Source of the DNA: Marsupella aquatica
Taxonomy: Eukaryota > Plantae > Marchantiophyta
Direction of reading: 5' to 3'
DNA: 64,000 nt
Assembly: GCA_973895155.1 (NCBI GenBank)
Contig: OZ316893.1
Location: 10,421,660 to 10,485,659, forward strand
The stretch's first letter is position 1; each line of letters begins with the position of its first letter. Made by a program: the position numbers and the translations under genes. The notes below the pieces were generated by a model. It did not search any database. It saw only the letters and a program-made list of their open reading frames with translations, and was not told where the DNA came from. Shown piece by piece: positions 1 through 11,492 of the stretch.

Positions 1-340
1 GCCCAAAAACATTGATTTATCATGATTCTGGGTTAATTTTACTAAGTCGCGCCTGATCCGTGATTAGTATGTATAACCAAGGAACACGGGGCAGCCCATT
101 CATTTTCACTCAATGTCATTTGGATTTCCTTTGTAAAAGAGTGAAAAACAATCTCGCTATCCAATTTCGTGCCATTTTCAGCACTCATCGGCGACGTGTC
201 GCGAGTTGTCGCGGTCGCACTTCATTTCGACCCTGTTTTAGGTAGTAATTTAGGCCCTGGGTGATTTCTTCACGTCACCCCCCTCCGAACCCTATTTTAA
301 ATACCCTTCTGCATCACCGAGGTGTACAAGCAAAGAGAGA

Positions 341-413
341 GGAGACTCCCTTCATGAATTCATGAAGGTCGGAGCGAGAGGGAGACTCCCTTCATGAATT
401 CATGATAGGAGTC
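341..413. repeat. 40-bp-period tandem duplication, each unit containing a palindrome
   Basis: GGAGACTCCCTTCATGAATTCATGA at 341-365 and 381-405. Perfect 20-bp palindrome CCTTCATGAATTCATGAAGG at 349-368; imperfect 30-bp palindrome at 384-413. Confidence 0.9.
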
Positions 414-570
414 CTGGGGTGGCCGAGAGCGTTGTTAGATCCGTAAGGACACGGTTTTAGTAGCCATTTGTTGGCACATTCCTTGGTTCTGTGGCACTTT
501 GTCTCGCAGGTTGGGGTTGAAGTGGACTGATTTTGTGGTATGTTCTCAGGTTTGAAGATCAGGCAAAAAC

Positions 571-3500
571 ATGACAATGTCGTAGGAAGAGCTGGTGGAT
601 GACATCTTTTCGCGCCATCCTTTGACGGACTTCCACAACTCATCCTGGACGATTTCCTTAGGGATGGAAACATGGAAGAAGCCCTTCCTAATGCTGTGTG
701 TATTTGAGGGGCTTCCATCGGGGGCATTAGGGTGGGTAAATTACGGCCGCATCGATGTATTTCGACGGGGCGACGAAGTTGTGAACATGTTGATCACAAC
801 GAAGGAAACATCAACTTTGATTGTCGTGGATGTGGAGAGGTTTTCTGGAACGGCTGCCACCTGCTATCTCGATGAGGACATCGATAGCATCATTGAGACT
901 GTCAAGTCTCTTTCGAGTGAGGAACGTTACCACGACGTCGTGGGAAAGATTTCCGGTTTTGTGTTTGAATTTCACGCTAGCACTTTAAAGAGTGCAATCC
1001 GAAAATCAAGAGAGATTCTCCGGAAAAGGTCGGCAGAGAAGGGAGTAAGTCGTCCACCCAAATCTGGGGCTTCCGGTGTTCCTTCTGGATCGAGGCCTAG
1101 CATTTTACCCGATGATATTTTGACCGTGGTAGCGCCTACAACCTCCCGGGAAGCAGCAGCATCTGGAGGGGGATCTCAAGTTGGCAGATCATCCCAGGGA
1201 ACGGCTTTGACTGGTGGGTCGGCACAAGGTACGACTGGAACTCGCATTTCTTCAAAGAAGCGACCTGCTATGACTCCTGAGCCTACCGAGCCCAGTGCTA
1301 CAAAGTCAAAAAAGAAGACTTTGGAGAAAATTCCAACGCATTTGGAGCAAAAGGCTCAATCAATGTCAATGGATGCACGGGTATTGTACCAGGAGGAGAT
1401 TCTGGGAAGATGTGGTGTTCAAGAGGAGACCGTGACCGTTGACATTGGTCAACTTTACCCTCCAGTGAGAGAGAAGGCTGTGGGCTTGCCCATTTACCAG
1501 GTCCGACACATCCAACCATATTTCTTGACCCAATTGACCTTGCGGATGAAGACTGTAGGTGCCAGTCCACTTGCAGCTCCGTTTGTCCTCTTGGTGGATC
1601 CGAAGGAGTGTGCTACTAGGCAAGACTTTGATTTTTCAAGGAAAGCTGATTACCATTATTATGTGATTGGGGGCAACCATTCAGCCTGTGCCAAAGCAGA
1701 CCTTGCTCTTCAGTTCCCTAACAACAAGGCATTTCGGAGAGTGCAATCTTGGATATTTGCGGGATTGAGTGTGCAAGAGGCAAGAAACCTTGCGTGGAGT
1801 CACAATATTGATTCTGAATTTCGACAACAGATGACGACAATCCAGAGAGTAAATTATATTCACATGAGATTTGTTGAGAATGGATTGTCGTCCAACCAGG
1901 ATTTCAAGAAAGAGTGTGCTACTGAAATCAATCTCAAGGATTGGGGTGTACGAAAGGATGCTGAGGTTCTTAATGCCAATGATAACCTATTTCAGTTGGC
2001 ATTCCGACAAGATCCTGTGTGGTCATTTGTGAGGCAGATTTGTGACAAGTGGGAGATGTGTGAGATCAAAGGTCAAAAAGGAGACAAAGGCAAGAAGAAA
2101 GTCTCTAAGTCTGGAGATGCCAAATTGCCTTATGAGGACATGAAATTAACAGAGTGGAGACACATGCAGGCCTTGAAAGATCCTGATATGATTTGCCCAG
2201 TGTTACAAGAGTTCTTACTAAAGAACTCTCTTTACAGGAAATGGGTCACGAATTTACTCGACACAAATTTCAGATGCAGGTGCAGAAGGCCTTCCTCACG
2301 TGTCTACACGAGGAGAGTTGGTCAGGTTGTAAAACCAAGTACCCTGAGCATTGCACAGACAATGTGCTTAAGAATTTTGTACCTGTTTTCCAGACATGGG
2401 TAAGATTCTGTCACCTTTCTTCGAATGATTGTTTGAATTCATTTAATATTTGGAATCCTTGTTTCTAATTCTACAGTTCCTTTTTGTAGAAAGATACCAC
2501 CTCCCGGAAAAAGAAGGGAGATGAGGAAGGCAAAGATCTCAAGTCATTCCCGGACAAATTCAATGCGCATATTGTGCAAGCCCAAAATTGGCTATGCATG
2601 AAGACTTCTAGTCGGCAAACCCAAGAGGGGGAACTTCATCCAAATTCGTTTGAGCATCCAGAGTTTGGTGATGTGCACTATGATATTTTTACTCATGATG
2701 CTCAGCGATTACATGAGGTGGTTCCGGGTCGGGCTTACACATTAGCTTTAGTGGATATTCCCTACGGGTTTGCATTGCCTGGATGTCTTCATGAAGACAC
2801 TATTGGATGGGGAACTGAGGAGATCACAAAAATGGTCCAATCGTTCAAGGTGGCTACTACTGCAAAGTTGTGGCGTATTATCATTCACCACAGCCTTGAC
2901 CAATATGAGGCCATCAAGACCATTTTGAAAGCGGAGTGTAATGGAGGGTTCCAGAATTGTGTGTGGTAAGAAATATTTGTTTTTGAAAAAAACAACTATT
3001 AGTTATTCATGATTTCATGAACCATGTTTCTCAGTTTAAATAACTCCTTGACTTTTTGTGACTTTTCAGGGTTAAGGATAATGTGAAGAATGCTGGTGGA
3101 CCAAGATTGAACAGCAACTTTGAGTGCTTTACAATTGGCTTTCACAGCCAGGATGGTAAACGGTCATTGGAGCACTTCAATTTTGACACAAATGAATCAA
3201 GGAACAATGTGGTTGTATGCGCAGCTGTGACTAAGAAGCTGAAACACAACGGGGATAACAAGGCAGTGAATGTTTATCAGAAACCACGTGCATTGTTAGA
3301 TTGGGAAGTGAGTCATTTTAGTCAGGTTGGAGACTGGGTTTTGGATATTTGTTCAGGATCAGGGACTGGGACAACCTCCTCCTTGGCCATGGGGAGACAT
3401 TGCATTGCCATTGAGATTGACGAGCGACAGAGCAGTGTGTTGAAAGGGAGGATTCTTAACCTTGCAGATAACATTGAAGAGGAAGACGGACAGGGGGAGA

Positions 3501-3631
3501 TGGATGAGGAGAGTGAGGAAGACATTCCTCAGGCCGGAGAGGATAGCGTGGTTGACGATGCCACAATTGTTCCAGAATTGACGACAAGGACTTCTGGAAC
3601 CGAGGAAGGGGAAGCGGTCCCTTTGGATTAG
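571..3631 (+). pseudogene. ParB/Sulfiredoxin-like domain fused to a beta-class N6-adenine/N4-cytosine DNA methyltransferase; exons 571-2399, 2490-2965, 3070-3631
   Basis: ParB-like: VDIGQLYP..YQVR..PFVLLV..YYVIGGNHSACA..LSVQEARNLAWSHN (about 1435-1860). MTase: LALVDIPYG (motif IV, 2754-2765), spliced CVWVK, VYQKPRALL, GDWVLDICSGSGT (motif I, 3344-3367), GRHCIAIEID. GT-AG introns 2400-2489 (phase 0) and 2966-3069 (phase 2) join the ORFs in frame. Lesions: TAG at 583-585 after ATG 571, and a 1-bp frameshift near 2206. Confidence 0.85.
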
Positions 3632-3968
3632 ACTAGATAAATAGAGGGACTCGTAGCATTTGAAACCACTTGGGCTTAAGTTGGGTTATATTTTGTAAAA
3701 CTTTGAGTTTGACTTAAACTCTGATCGATGAGTTTGATTTTGATCACTTTTATAAAGTGCATATTTCAAGGTTTATACAATTGTGAGAATATCATATAAG
3801 ATATGCTTAGATTTTGGTGGTAAAATTCTCTTGAGTCTAGTTTGGAAAATACATACCATTTTTTGGTGGTTTTTTGGTATACACTTTTTAATATCATGAA
3901 GATTTTGAAAAGAGAAATAAGGCTTTGGACTCATCCCTTAAGGCTTCTTGTTTTTGGGTTTGTTGCAG

Positions 3969-5917
3969 GGTTTGGGTTTGTTTCAGGGTTACAAACTCAA
4001 GGGTATAAGGCATGCTCCACTTGTGGTCCAAGCCTTGAAGATATGGCCAAGTACTCAAGATGGCTTCGCAAGATAATCTACCTTGGGCATACCAAGTTTC
4101 TTCCACTTGGACATGAGATGAGGTCTGACCCCCTTCTATTTTCAGACTTTGACATGATCAATGGTGATGAGCGTGACATACCTGAGCATACATCCTTTGC
4201 ACATTGGAAATCCATAGCTGATAGGGTGGCAGACCCTAACGACCCCATGACATTTGATGGAAGTGGGTTGACGAGGTGGAGTATACTAGCCACATTGCCG
4301 TATTGGCCAGAGTTGAAGATTCATCATTTGTTAGACCCCATGCATATAGAGGGAAACATTGGGAAGGCTTTGATCAAGCATTTTTATGGAGAAAAGGACC
4401 ATAATTTTAGGGAGGCATGCCAGGATCTAGAACAACATCCAGATGTATGGATAACAGTTGATGCATCAACAGGGATGGAACACCGTCCTTCATCTCCTTG
4501 GGTTTTGAGTGTTGGTGAAAGAAGAGAGTTTCGACAACGCATAGGTCAGATGCGATTTCCTACAGGCTATGGTGCCAATCTCCGGAAAGCTTTTGGGATG
4601 GAGGACAGTCATAAGTGGCCAATGTATTTGAAGACACATGACTATCACCGTTTACTACAACATATACTTCCTATGACAATCATAGGCTTGGGCAGTGAAG
4701 AAATGCAAGACGCCCTATGGTCATTGGGCACTTTGTTGAGATGGATATGCTCAAAGGAAATATATGAAGAAGAGATCCCACGGATGGAGGTATTGGCAGC
4801 AGAGGTAGTGTGCAAGTTAGAGAAGGCCCTCCCTCCTTCCTTCTTTGATTGTCAAGTACATTTAATTGTTCATCTTGTGAGGGAGGTTGCCATTGTTGGT
4901 CCAGTGCATTGTCGTTGGATGTATTGGTTGGAAAGGTATATGGCTGTGTTAAAGGCTTATGTACGGAATCATGCACGAGTGGAGGGGAGCATGGCAACAG
5001 GATACTTGGCAGCTGAGAGTATGTTCTATTGCAGCAACATCTTAGCTACCATTGATCCTAGTTGTCCATGCAGTTGGATGGAAGAGAGAGAAATGGAGGA
5101 GGATCGTTTAACAGGAGCCAAAAAAACACGCTTACTGACCGGAGTGGAGTTGACACAGATGACTACTTTCATGTTGAGTAATAGTACTGTGATGGAAGAA
5201 TGGAGAGAGTTTTATGAGGATGCAAAGAGGGAGAGTCATCGTCCAAGGATTTTTCCAAAGTTCCTTGAGTATATGAGGGAGAAAGTACTTCAGTTGGATG
5301 CTATGGTGGCCCAAGGTGAGAGTGTATCACATTTTCCAGATATGACTCCTGAGGTTCGAACAATTGTTCATGGCCCTTTGAGACTTGTTCAGACCAGAAC
5401 AGCAATGTGGACACAAGGGAGACATTTCAGCATTTCTGACCTTGATGAGAAGAGGGGTAGAACTTTTGACTGTGGAGTTCAAGGGCAGTTCATGCAGGAT
5501 TCACAAAGTAGCCGCCATGACACCAATGTCATCCGAGATGTGGTGCCTCACTATGGGAAGATAGAGGAGATCTTGATTGTATCCTATGATGCGGATACAA
5601 AATTTGAAGAGTATGTCTTCAAGTGTAAGTGGTTCAAAATTCACTTGGTTGGTGAGAATCGCACAGTACTTCTTGATGATTGTGGGTTTACTCGACTGAA
5701 GACATCAGCAACTAGCTTTCAACCATCTCATTGGCAAACATCTGAACCGTTTACATTCCCAAGTCACCTTGAGCAGTGTTTCTATATTCCGTACCCACCA
5801 GACCCAGAGGAGTGGTCAGTTGTTATACCGTATGTGCCACGATCTCGTTCCATTATCTCAGAAAAACCTGAAGTTATTATTGTGTCAAACGGAGGAGAGG
5901 ATGAGGACCAAGTTTGA
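3969..5917 (+). CDS. CACTA transposase (Tnp2/TnpD-like), 3' exon with DUF4218/DUF4216-type regions
   Basis: Acceptor TTGCAG ends at 3968. Motifs LDPMHIEGN, LKTHDYH, PPSFFDCQVHL, GPVHCRWMYWLERY, VEGSMA, FKCKWF. Collinear with 54014-56210. The upstream transposase exon is not in the window. Confidence 0.9.
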
Positions 5918-6294
5918 TGCATCACTAGTAGTAAAATTTGTTGTGAGCGTATAATTGTGATTATATTAACTATCATGGTTTTATTTATATTTACCTATTT
6001 ATTTTCTTCTTTTGTCTTACAAACACTTGGACTTTGAAATTTTATTTTACTGCTATACATGCAACCCTAGCCACTAGAAAAGTTCTCCTCATGCATGCCA
6101 CCTTTTTTAAATCCCTAGCTTATAACCTAAACACATGCATTCTCCATCTTCTAAAGTTTTCTCTAAAAAATTTCCATTCTGAAAACTTTGCAAACAACTC
6201 TCTTTGTGAAACATTTTTTGAACCAGACAGGAAGGAATTTCTGAACCTCTTGTGAATCCAATTCCATCGGTACTTGTGATACAAATACGTTCTC

Positions 6295-6671
6295 AAAATT
6301 GCGACCAAATTGGCTTCGGTACTTTGCAACCCACCGTTCTTCACAACAATTTCCGAACATAATAGGTTCACAAACCATTTGTGATAGTATTAGTCTCGCT
6401 AAATTATGAACCAAAATGTATCCGAATACGGTCGCGATGGTCGCGGACTCACAAAGTCATTGCGAGACAACTAGTATCTAAACGTGTTGCGAAGTCAATA
6501 ACATCAAAACTTAATTGCGATGTATGTAGCTTCGCAACGTGAATGTGCGATGGTAAGAGCATGGGATATTGTGATGCGTGTTGCATCACAAAATATCTGA
6601 AGGTTCTAACATCGCAAGGCCTTTTTGACTTCAAAAAACACCTTCGCAAAAGGGGCCGATATGTAGTAGTG
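6295..6671. repeat. CACTA-1 right subterminal repeats and TIR
   Basis: Repeated TTGCGA/TCGCAA motifs (about 6300, 6460, 6488, 6531, 6643) ending in GTAGTAGTG. Confidence 0.8.
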
Positions 6672-7797
6672 TAATTTGGATGAGGCATTGGGATTTGTCA
6701 CTGAGTACATGGTTGACTGTCACGCTACTCGTAGACGTGTTTGGGATTCTGAAGAGGAGGAAGGTGTCAAAGGGGTGAAGCTAGAAGGAGCTGCTGTAAA
6801 ACTGATGCTAAGTTTGGAGGATCGTAATGCAGCTCATACATACTTTCTTCAAAATCACACTATGGTTCAACCATGGCTCAGGTGTGAAAAATCTACTTTG
6901 AGAAGCATTAAAGTAAATGTATTGAGGCTATCCTGACATTGTGCTAGTGGTCCTTTGCCCATTCAACTACTAATTAAGACATGACTGGTTGGTTTAATGT
7001 GTAGGGCATATGAAATAGCAAAGGAGGAGCGGGATCGAAGCTTGATTCATGTTCGCCCGCAGATTGGTGGGAATCGTAGACGAGTTCATTCACATCCACC
7101 CGGGCTGGCTGAGTTACCTCCTTTTATGGACTGGTTCAAGGATCAAATTAGGCTCCATGAGTTTAATGACCCCACACAAAAGTTGTTGTTAAAGACAATT
7201 TCATTTCCACCAAGTTGTACCACATTGTCATACAATGCTATGAAGGCATATGGAAATCACTTTAGAACAATGCATTGTCAGGATCCAAAAGGTAACTGGC
7301 GAGAGATGCAATACCTAAGGGATTGCGACAGTCAAGGTTACAGCACATTTGATAGCGGAATAGCTACTACTTTCCATGAGGAAAGAGTTAACCAGTCCGG
7401 GGCCTGTCTTGCCCGAACGACTTATGTTGGAGTCTTAACTCAGATTTTGAAGCTTGATTATGGTCCCTTACCAGAACCTGCTCTAATCTTGAAGGCTAAG
7501 TGGGTTCGGTCTGAGTGGGAGCCAGAGAGCCGAAACCCATCCATGAAACATGATGAGTCTGGTTTGTGGGTAGCCAACTTCCACCGGCCGTATCCATCAC
7601 AGGAGAAACTTGACTATGTCATGCCTAGTCAGATAGAGCAGGTCTTTTTTCATCCAAATGAGGCTAGGGTAGGTTGGAGGTATGTCCTTCACAAGGAAGG
7701 AAGGTCTAGGAGGGTTGCTACAGAGGTGAATGATCTTGAATTTAATGACATAGTTGTGATGCCTAGACAGGAATCACTCGGCCGGTTAAGTGGGTAA
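6672..7797 (+). pseudogene. 3' remnant of a different, older CACTA transposase, interrupted by CACTA-1
   Basis: Begins mid-motif (NLDEALGFVTEYM) directly after the CACTA-1 TIR. In-frame intron 6882-7004. Downstream AYGNHF, DSGI, YVGVLTQILKLDY, LKAKWV, PSQIEQVFF, GWRYVL are DUF4216-type motifs. Confidence 0.8.
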
Positions 7798-7869
7798 AGC
7801 AGGAAGGCACCCTAGGAACACCTTAGTATAGGGACAAAACAAGGAAAATATAAACAATTAGGGGCAACC

Positions 7870-10800
7870 ATGGAACCCGGGCCGAGGCCGGAGGTAAGGC
7901 TAAGGGTGAAAACCCGATTAGGGTTAGGGCACGTTAAGCGTCGGTGGCTAGGAAGGATCAACGGGAAGAAGGACCGGCAGAGGAGAGGGGTAAGGAGCGC
8001 TTGCAGGAGATGGTGGCTCATTTGCGAGCACGAACTAGGCAGACGACTACGGGAGGCCAACTACTGTCAGCTGCTTAGGCAAGCACTCGGGGAGAGAGTA
8101 GATACCGACGATCGACCTAAGGAGGGTATGAGCAACGTAAATCAAGCAACACATTTCTGGGGATGCCTGTTCGAACGGGCAACTGAGTACATCAAGACTT
8201 ACGAGGACGAGGAGTCAGAAAGGGCAGCTCAAGAACAGCAGGAGCTCGCTCGATTGTGGGAGCTGCAGAAGACGGCTTTCTTAGGAGGCGAACTCATCAA
8301 GGACGAGTTCCTATGGACGCCTACTTCCAATCAACTCGACGATCTTCTGTTTTGCAAAGACAGCGTCGTCGGCATCCGAGAGGCCATCAAGAACTGCAAT
8401 GACATACACTGGGAATTAAAGGGTAGCACGGAAAGGTGGACCCAGGCAACGGTGCTAGGAGAAACCTCCACGGCAGCAGAGATGAAGAGGAAGGGAGCCG
8501 TCAACGATGAAGCCACCCCGGCAAAAAGAACGAGGTCGGCGGCACCAAAGAAGCCAGCCGAGCAGCAGAGCAGGAGGCAGGGAGAAGCCGAAGAGGAGGA
8601 GGTCGATCCCATCAAGGCCATTCCAACCAGGGATGACACCTGGAAGGGCTGGGCGGCAACCCTACCGGTGGAGGTGCAACTACATTTTGCACGGGAGGAG
8701 GATGCATGCTTTACGGCCATGCAGACCAAGAAGTACCAAGGCTTCATGGCCGGATCCGGCTTGGAGGCCTTTGTAAGATTACCATGGCTGAAGCCGGAGG
8801 TACCGGAGTCAGACCTATTAGAATTCGTGGGGTCATGGGAACCCGAGACCAATTGCACGAGGATATATGGGAAGGATTTCTATCTTACTTCCAAGGTAAT
8901 TGCCGAAGTGTTTGGCCTGCCGATAGGCAATAAGACCAAAGTTGATACCAGGAAGACCTTGCCTGACAAGGAGTTCCGGTCGTTCCCCGGCCATCAACGA
9001 AGAATGGCTTCTTCCGGAACACCTGCACCAACCCGCACATAGGAGAGATGATCGACTTCTTGCGGGTGACCATGCATTGTAACTTGCCGAGGGCAGAGAT
9101 CGGCAAGGCACAGGTCTATCTGGCAGAAAGGCCAGACCCAAGCCGGGACTACAACGGGTACCTCCTCAACCAATTGAAGAAGATCTTAAAGGAGGAGCAG
9201 CAGGTAATCGGCATGGGGAGCGTGTCGCGGCTTGGCTATCACATGCCGCTGTTGTGCCGGTATGCCAGAGGTCAGACTTTTGCCCCGGTACTTCCCCTGC
9301 AGGTAAGGGCACCCGAGGAAGCTCCAACGCCGAGGCCGTTGGCTGAGAAGCCTCAACCACCTGTTAGTCCTACGATCGAGCAGGTGTTTAGGCCCAGGAA
9401 GGAAGACTTGCCGATGCAGCAACCAGGCATGCAGAGTCTGCTGAAACTATTGGAGAAAGAAAAGAAATCGGCATCGGCAACAACAATGGCAACGGCAACA
9501 ATGCAGGACACTACTACAGAGGTAGGCCTACACCGGCTCACAAGAGAAAACCCCTTTGCTGGAGACAAGGAGAGAATCAGGCCGGAATCCAAGCCAGGTG
9601 TTCGAATGTACGTGGGAACCTCAAGCTCCGAATCTGAGGCAGAATTGCCTGAAGCTCCTACCGACGAAGAGGAGAGGGAGAAGCCGGACGTCCAAGAGGT
9701 AGAGGAGGTAGTGGAGGACTGCAACCATGATAATTCCGGCTATGGGTCGGACCATCACGTTCCAGGAGTAAGGACCTGTGGCCGGTTTGTCCCCACACTT
9801 CCAAGGGTAGTGCGAGGGGACCCCAACCAGCAGAGTAGCCCTGAGTCTCCCCCACCAGATGTTGCTCCCCCGAGCTTCGACGGCATAAAACAGACGGTGC
9901 AGGAATTTCAGGAGCGAATCAAGCAGGAGGAAGAGGCCGCCCTGGCTAAGGAAAAGGATTTACCAGGAGGAGATTGGCCGGAGGACATCAGGCGGCTAGC
10001 CGAAAAAGGAAGCAAACCTCTAGCCACGATTGAAGAGATCCGCAGGACGGCTTGGGAGCAGAGGCCACGATGGGCGATGCCGATCACTTCTACTTACTCC
10101 ACCTACGCTAAGAATAGAGCCATGGAGTATGGTGAGATGTGTGGGGAACTTGCGCTCGGCATCTTTGGAGAGGAGTTGGAGGTAGGACCCCTTTTCCATA
10201 GGGAGCAGTTGGAGAAGCACCAATTAGAAGAAGCGGTGGCTTTAGAGAGAAGCAAGAAGGACGAGGTCATTCGGCGGCTTAGGAGGATGGAAGCCGAGAT
10301 TGAAGATCTAAGGGCGGCCAAGAAAGCCCAAGATGAACTGCGGATTAAACGACATGAGCTGAACATCATGCAGGGGCAGTTGGACACCGCGCAGGCTGAT
10401 AATCAGAATATCAAGGATAAATTGACTCAGACGCAGGAAGAGTTGGCCGACACGATCAAAGAGAGGGAGAAGTGGAAGCAAGAGCTGAAGAATACAGAGG
10501 AGGCCCACATAACAGCCAACAGCCGGGCCATGGCGGAGACCCAAAGAAAGGAATGGGCGTTGAAAGGGGAGCTCGAGAAAATCCGCGGAGCCCTTGAGCA
10601 GAAGGAGGTCGAGTTAGGGAAATCCTATCAAGGGATTATGGCGCTGCAGCAGGAGCTTGCGTCCCTGACGGCCAGCTTCAAGGCCGACCTAAGGGAGAAG
10701 GACGAGATGCTCGAACAGACTTACGCCAAGATGAACCAGATGGAGTCTGTCATCATTGCAGAGCTCGACAAGGAGCTAAGAGCAACCCGGGAGGAGAGGG

Positions 10801-11492
10801 CTACCTTGAAGAAGGAATTGGAGGAAGCCCACAGGGAGCAGGAGGAGGCCAAAAACGAGCTGGAGGGGGCACCTAAGGACCTGGATGAAACCCAAGAGGA
10901 GTTGGAGGAAATCACGAGGAAGATGGAGAACCTACAGCGGCGGGCCGACAACCAAACAGAGCGGCTGAAGAAACAAGCCGCAGTATTTAAATGCTTAGCT
11001 GCAGCAGGTCCATCTCCCGTTGGGACAAACCAGTTACCAGGGGTGGTAATTGCCGAAGGACAAGCCGCGTCAACTGCACCAGTGCCGGAAGTAAGTGGGA
11101 AGGGGAAGGGACCAGCTGCCGAGCCACCAACGAAGAAGAAGCGGAAACCTTCAGGGTCAAGGAGTAATACGACTTCACAGGCCGTGGTGATCAAGGAGGT
11201 AGACCTAGCACCGACCCCAGACAGGGTCACGGCTAAGGATCCAACTACCCTAGGGGAAGGGGAGGCCGAAGCCGAGGGAGTGGCTGAAGCCGAAGCCGTG
11301 GGAGTGGCTGAGGCCGAAGCCGTGGGCATTGCCGAGGCCGGTGTCGAGGCTGAAGCCGAAGGTGGACCCAGTCAGGCTGATGGAGAGTTGACTCGGTCAA
11401 GGGCAGGTAATATGTCAGTAGGCGGGCCAACGGCAGTGGCTGAGGAGGAAGTGTTGGGGGCGTCCATTGAGGATCCACCACCGGTGTCGTGA
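7870..11492 (+). pseudogene. Large retroelement-like accessory ORF (plant-transposon/mobile-domain-like N-terminal part plus long coiled coil), frameshifted near 8975
   Basis: ORFs 7870-9042 and 9048-11492 join through one frameshift. LLEFVGSW..IYGKDFYLTSKVIAEVFGLP resembles plant transposon ORF/PMD-like segments. E/K/Q-rich heptad region at about 10200-10980. GC- and CpG-rich relative to its flanks. Confidence 0.5.
11262..11360 (+). repeat. In-frame 24-bp tandem repeat, about 4 copies (EAEAxGVA)
   Basis: GAGGCCGAAGCCGAGGGAGTGGCT-like units. Confidence 0.8.

Larger units (their letters stand above)
1..6671 (+). mobile_element. CACTA/EnSpm DNA transposon (CACTA-1), left end outside the window; carries a ParB-DNA methyltransferase gene and the 3' transposase exon
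   Basis: Right end ...CCTTCGCAAAAGGGGCCGATATGTAGTAGTG (6641-6671) reverse-complements to CACTACTACATAT...TTTTGCGAAGG and closely resembles the CACTA-2 right end. Tnp2-type exon at 3969-5917 and subterminal TTCGCAA/TTGCGA motifs are present. Including 1-3968 in the element is inference. Confidence 0.8.

Noticed and set aside
541-570. Acceptor at 549 as a route to fuse transposase exons to the MTase
   Set aside because: The frame leading to ATG 571 contains TGA at 553-555 and the phase-1 frame stops at about 600; more likely a 5'UTR intron.
571-3631. Bacterial contamination as the source of the ParB-MTase
   Set aside because: It has spliceosomal introns that restore conserved motifs and is contiguous with plant CACTA sequence.
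3842-3968. N-terminal extension of the 691-aa ORF (MENTYHF...)
   Set aside because: T-rich intron-like sequence upstream of the acceptor at 3968; homology with CACTA-2 starts only after it.
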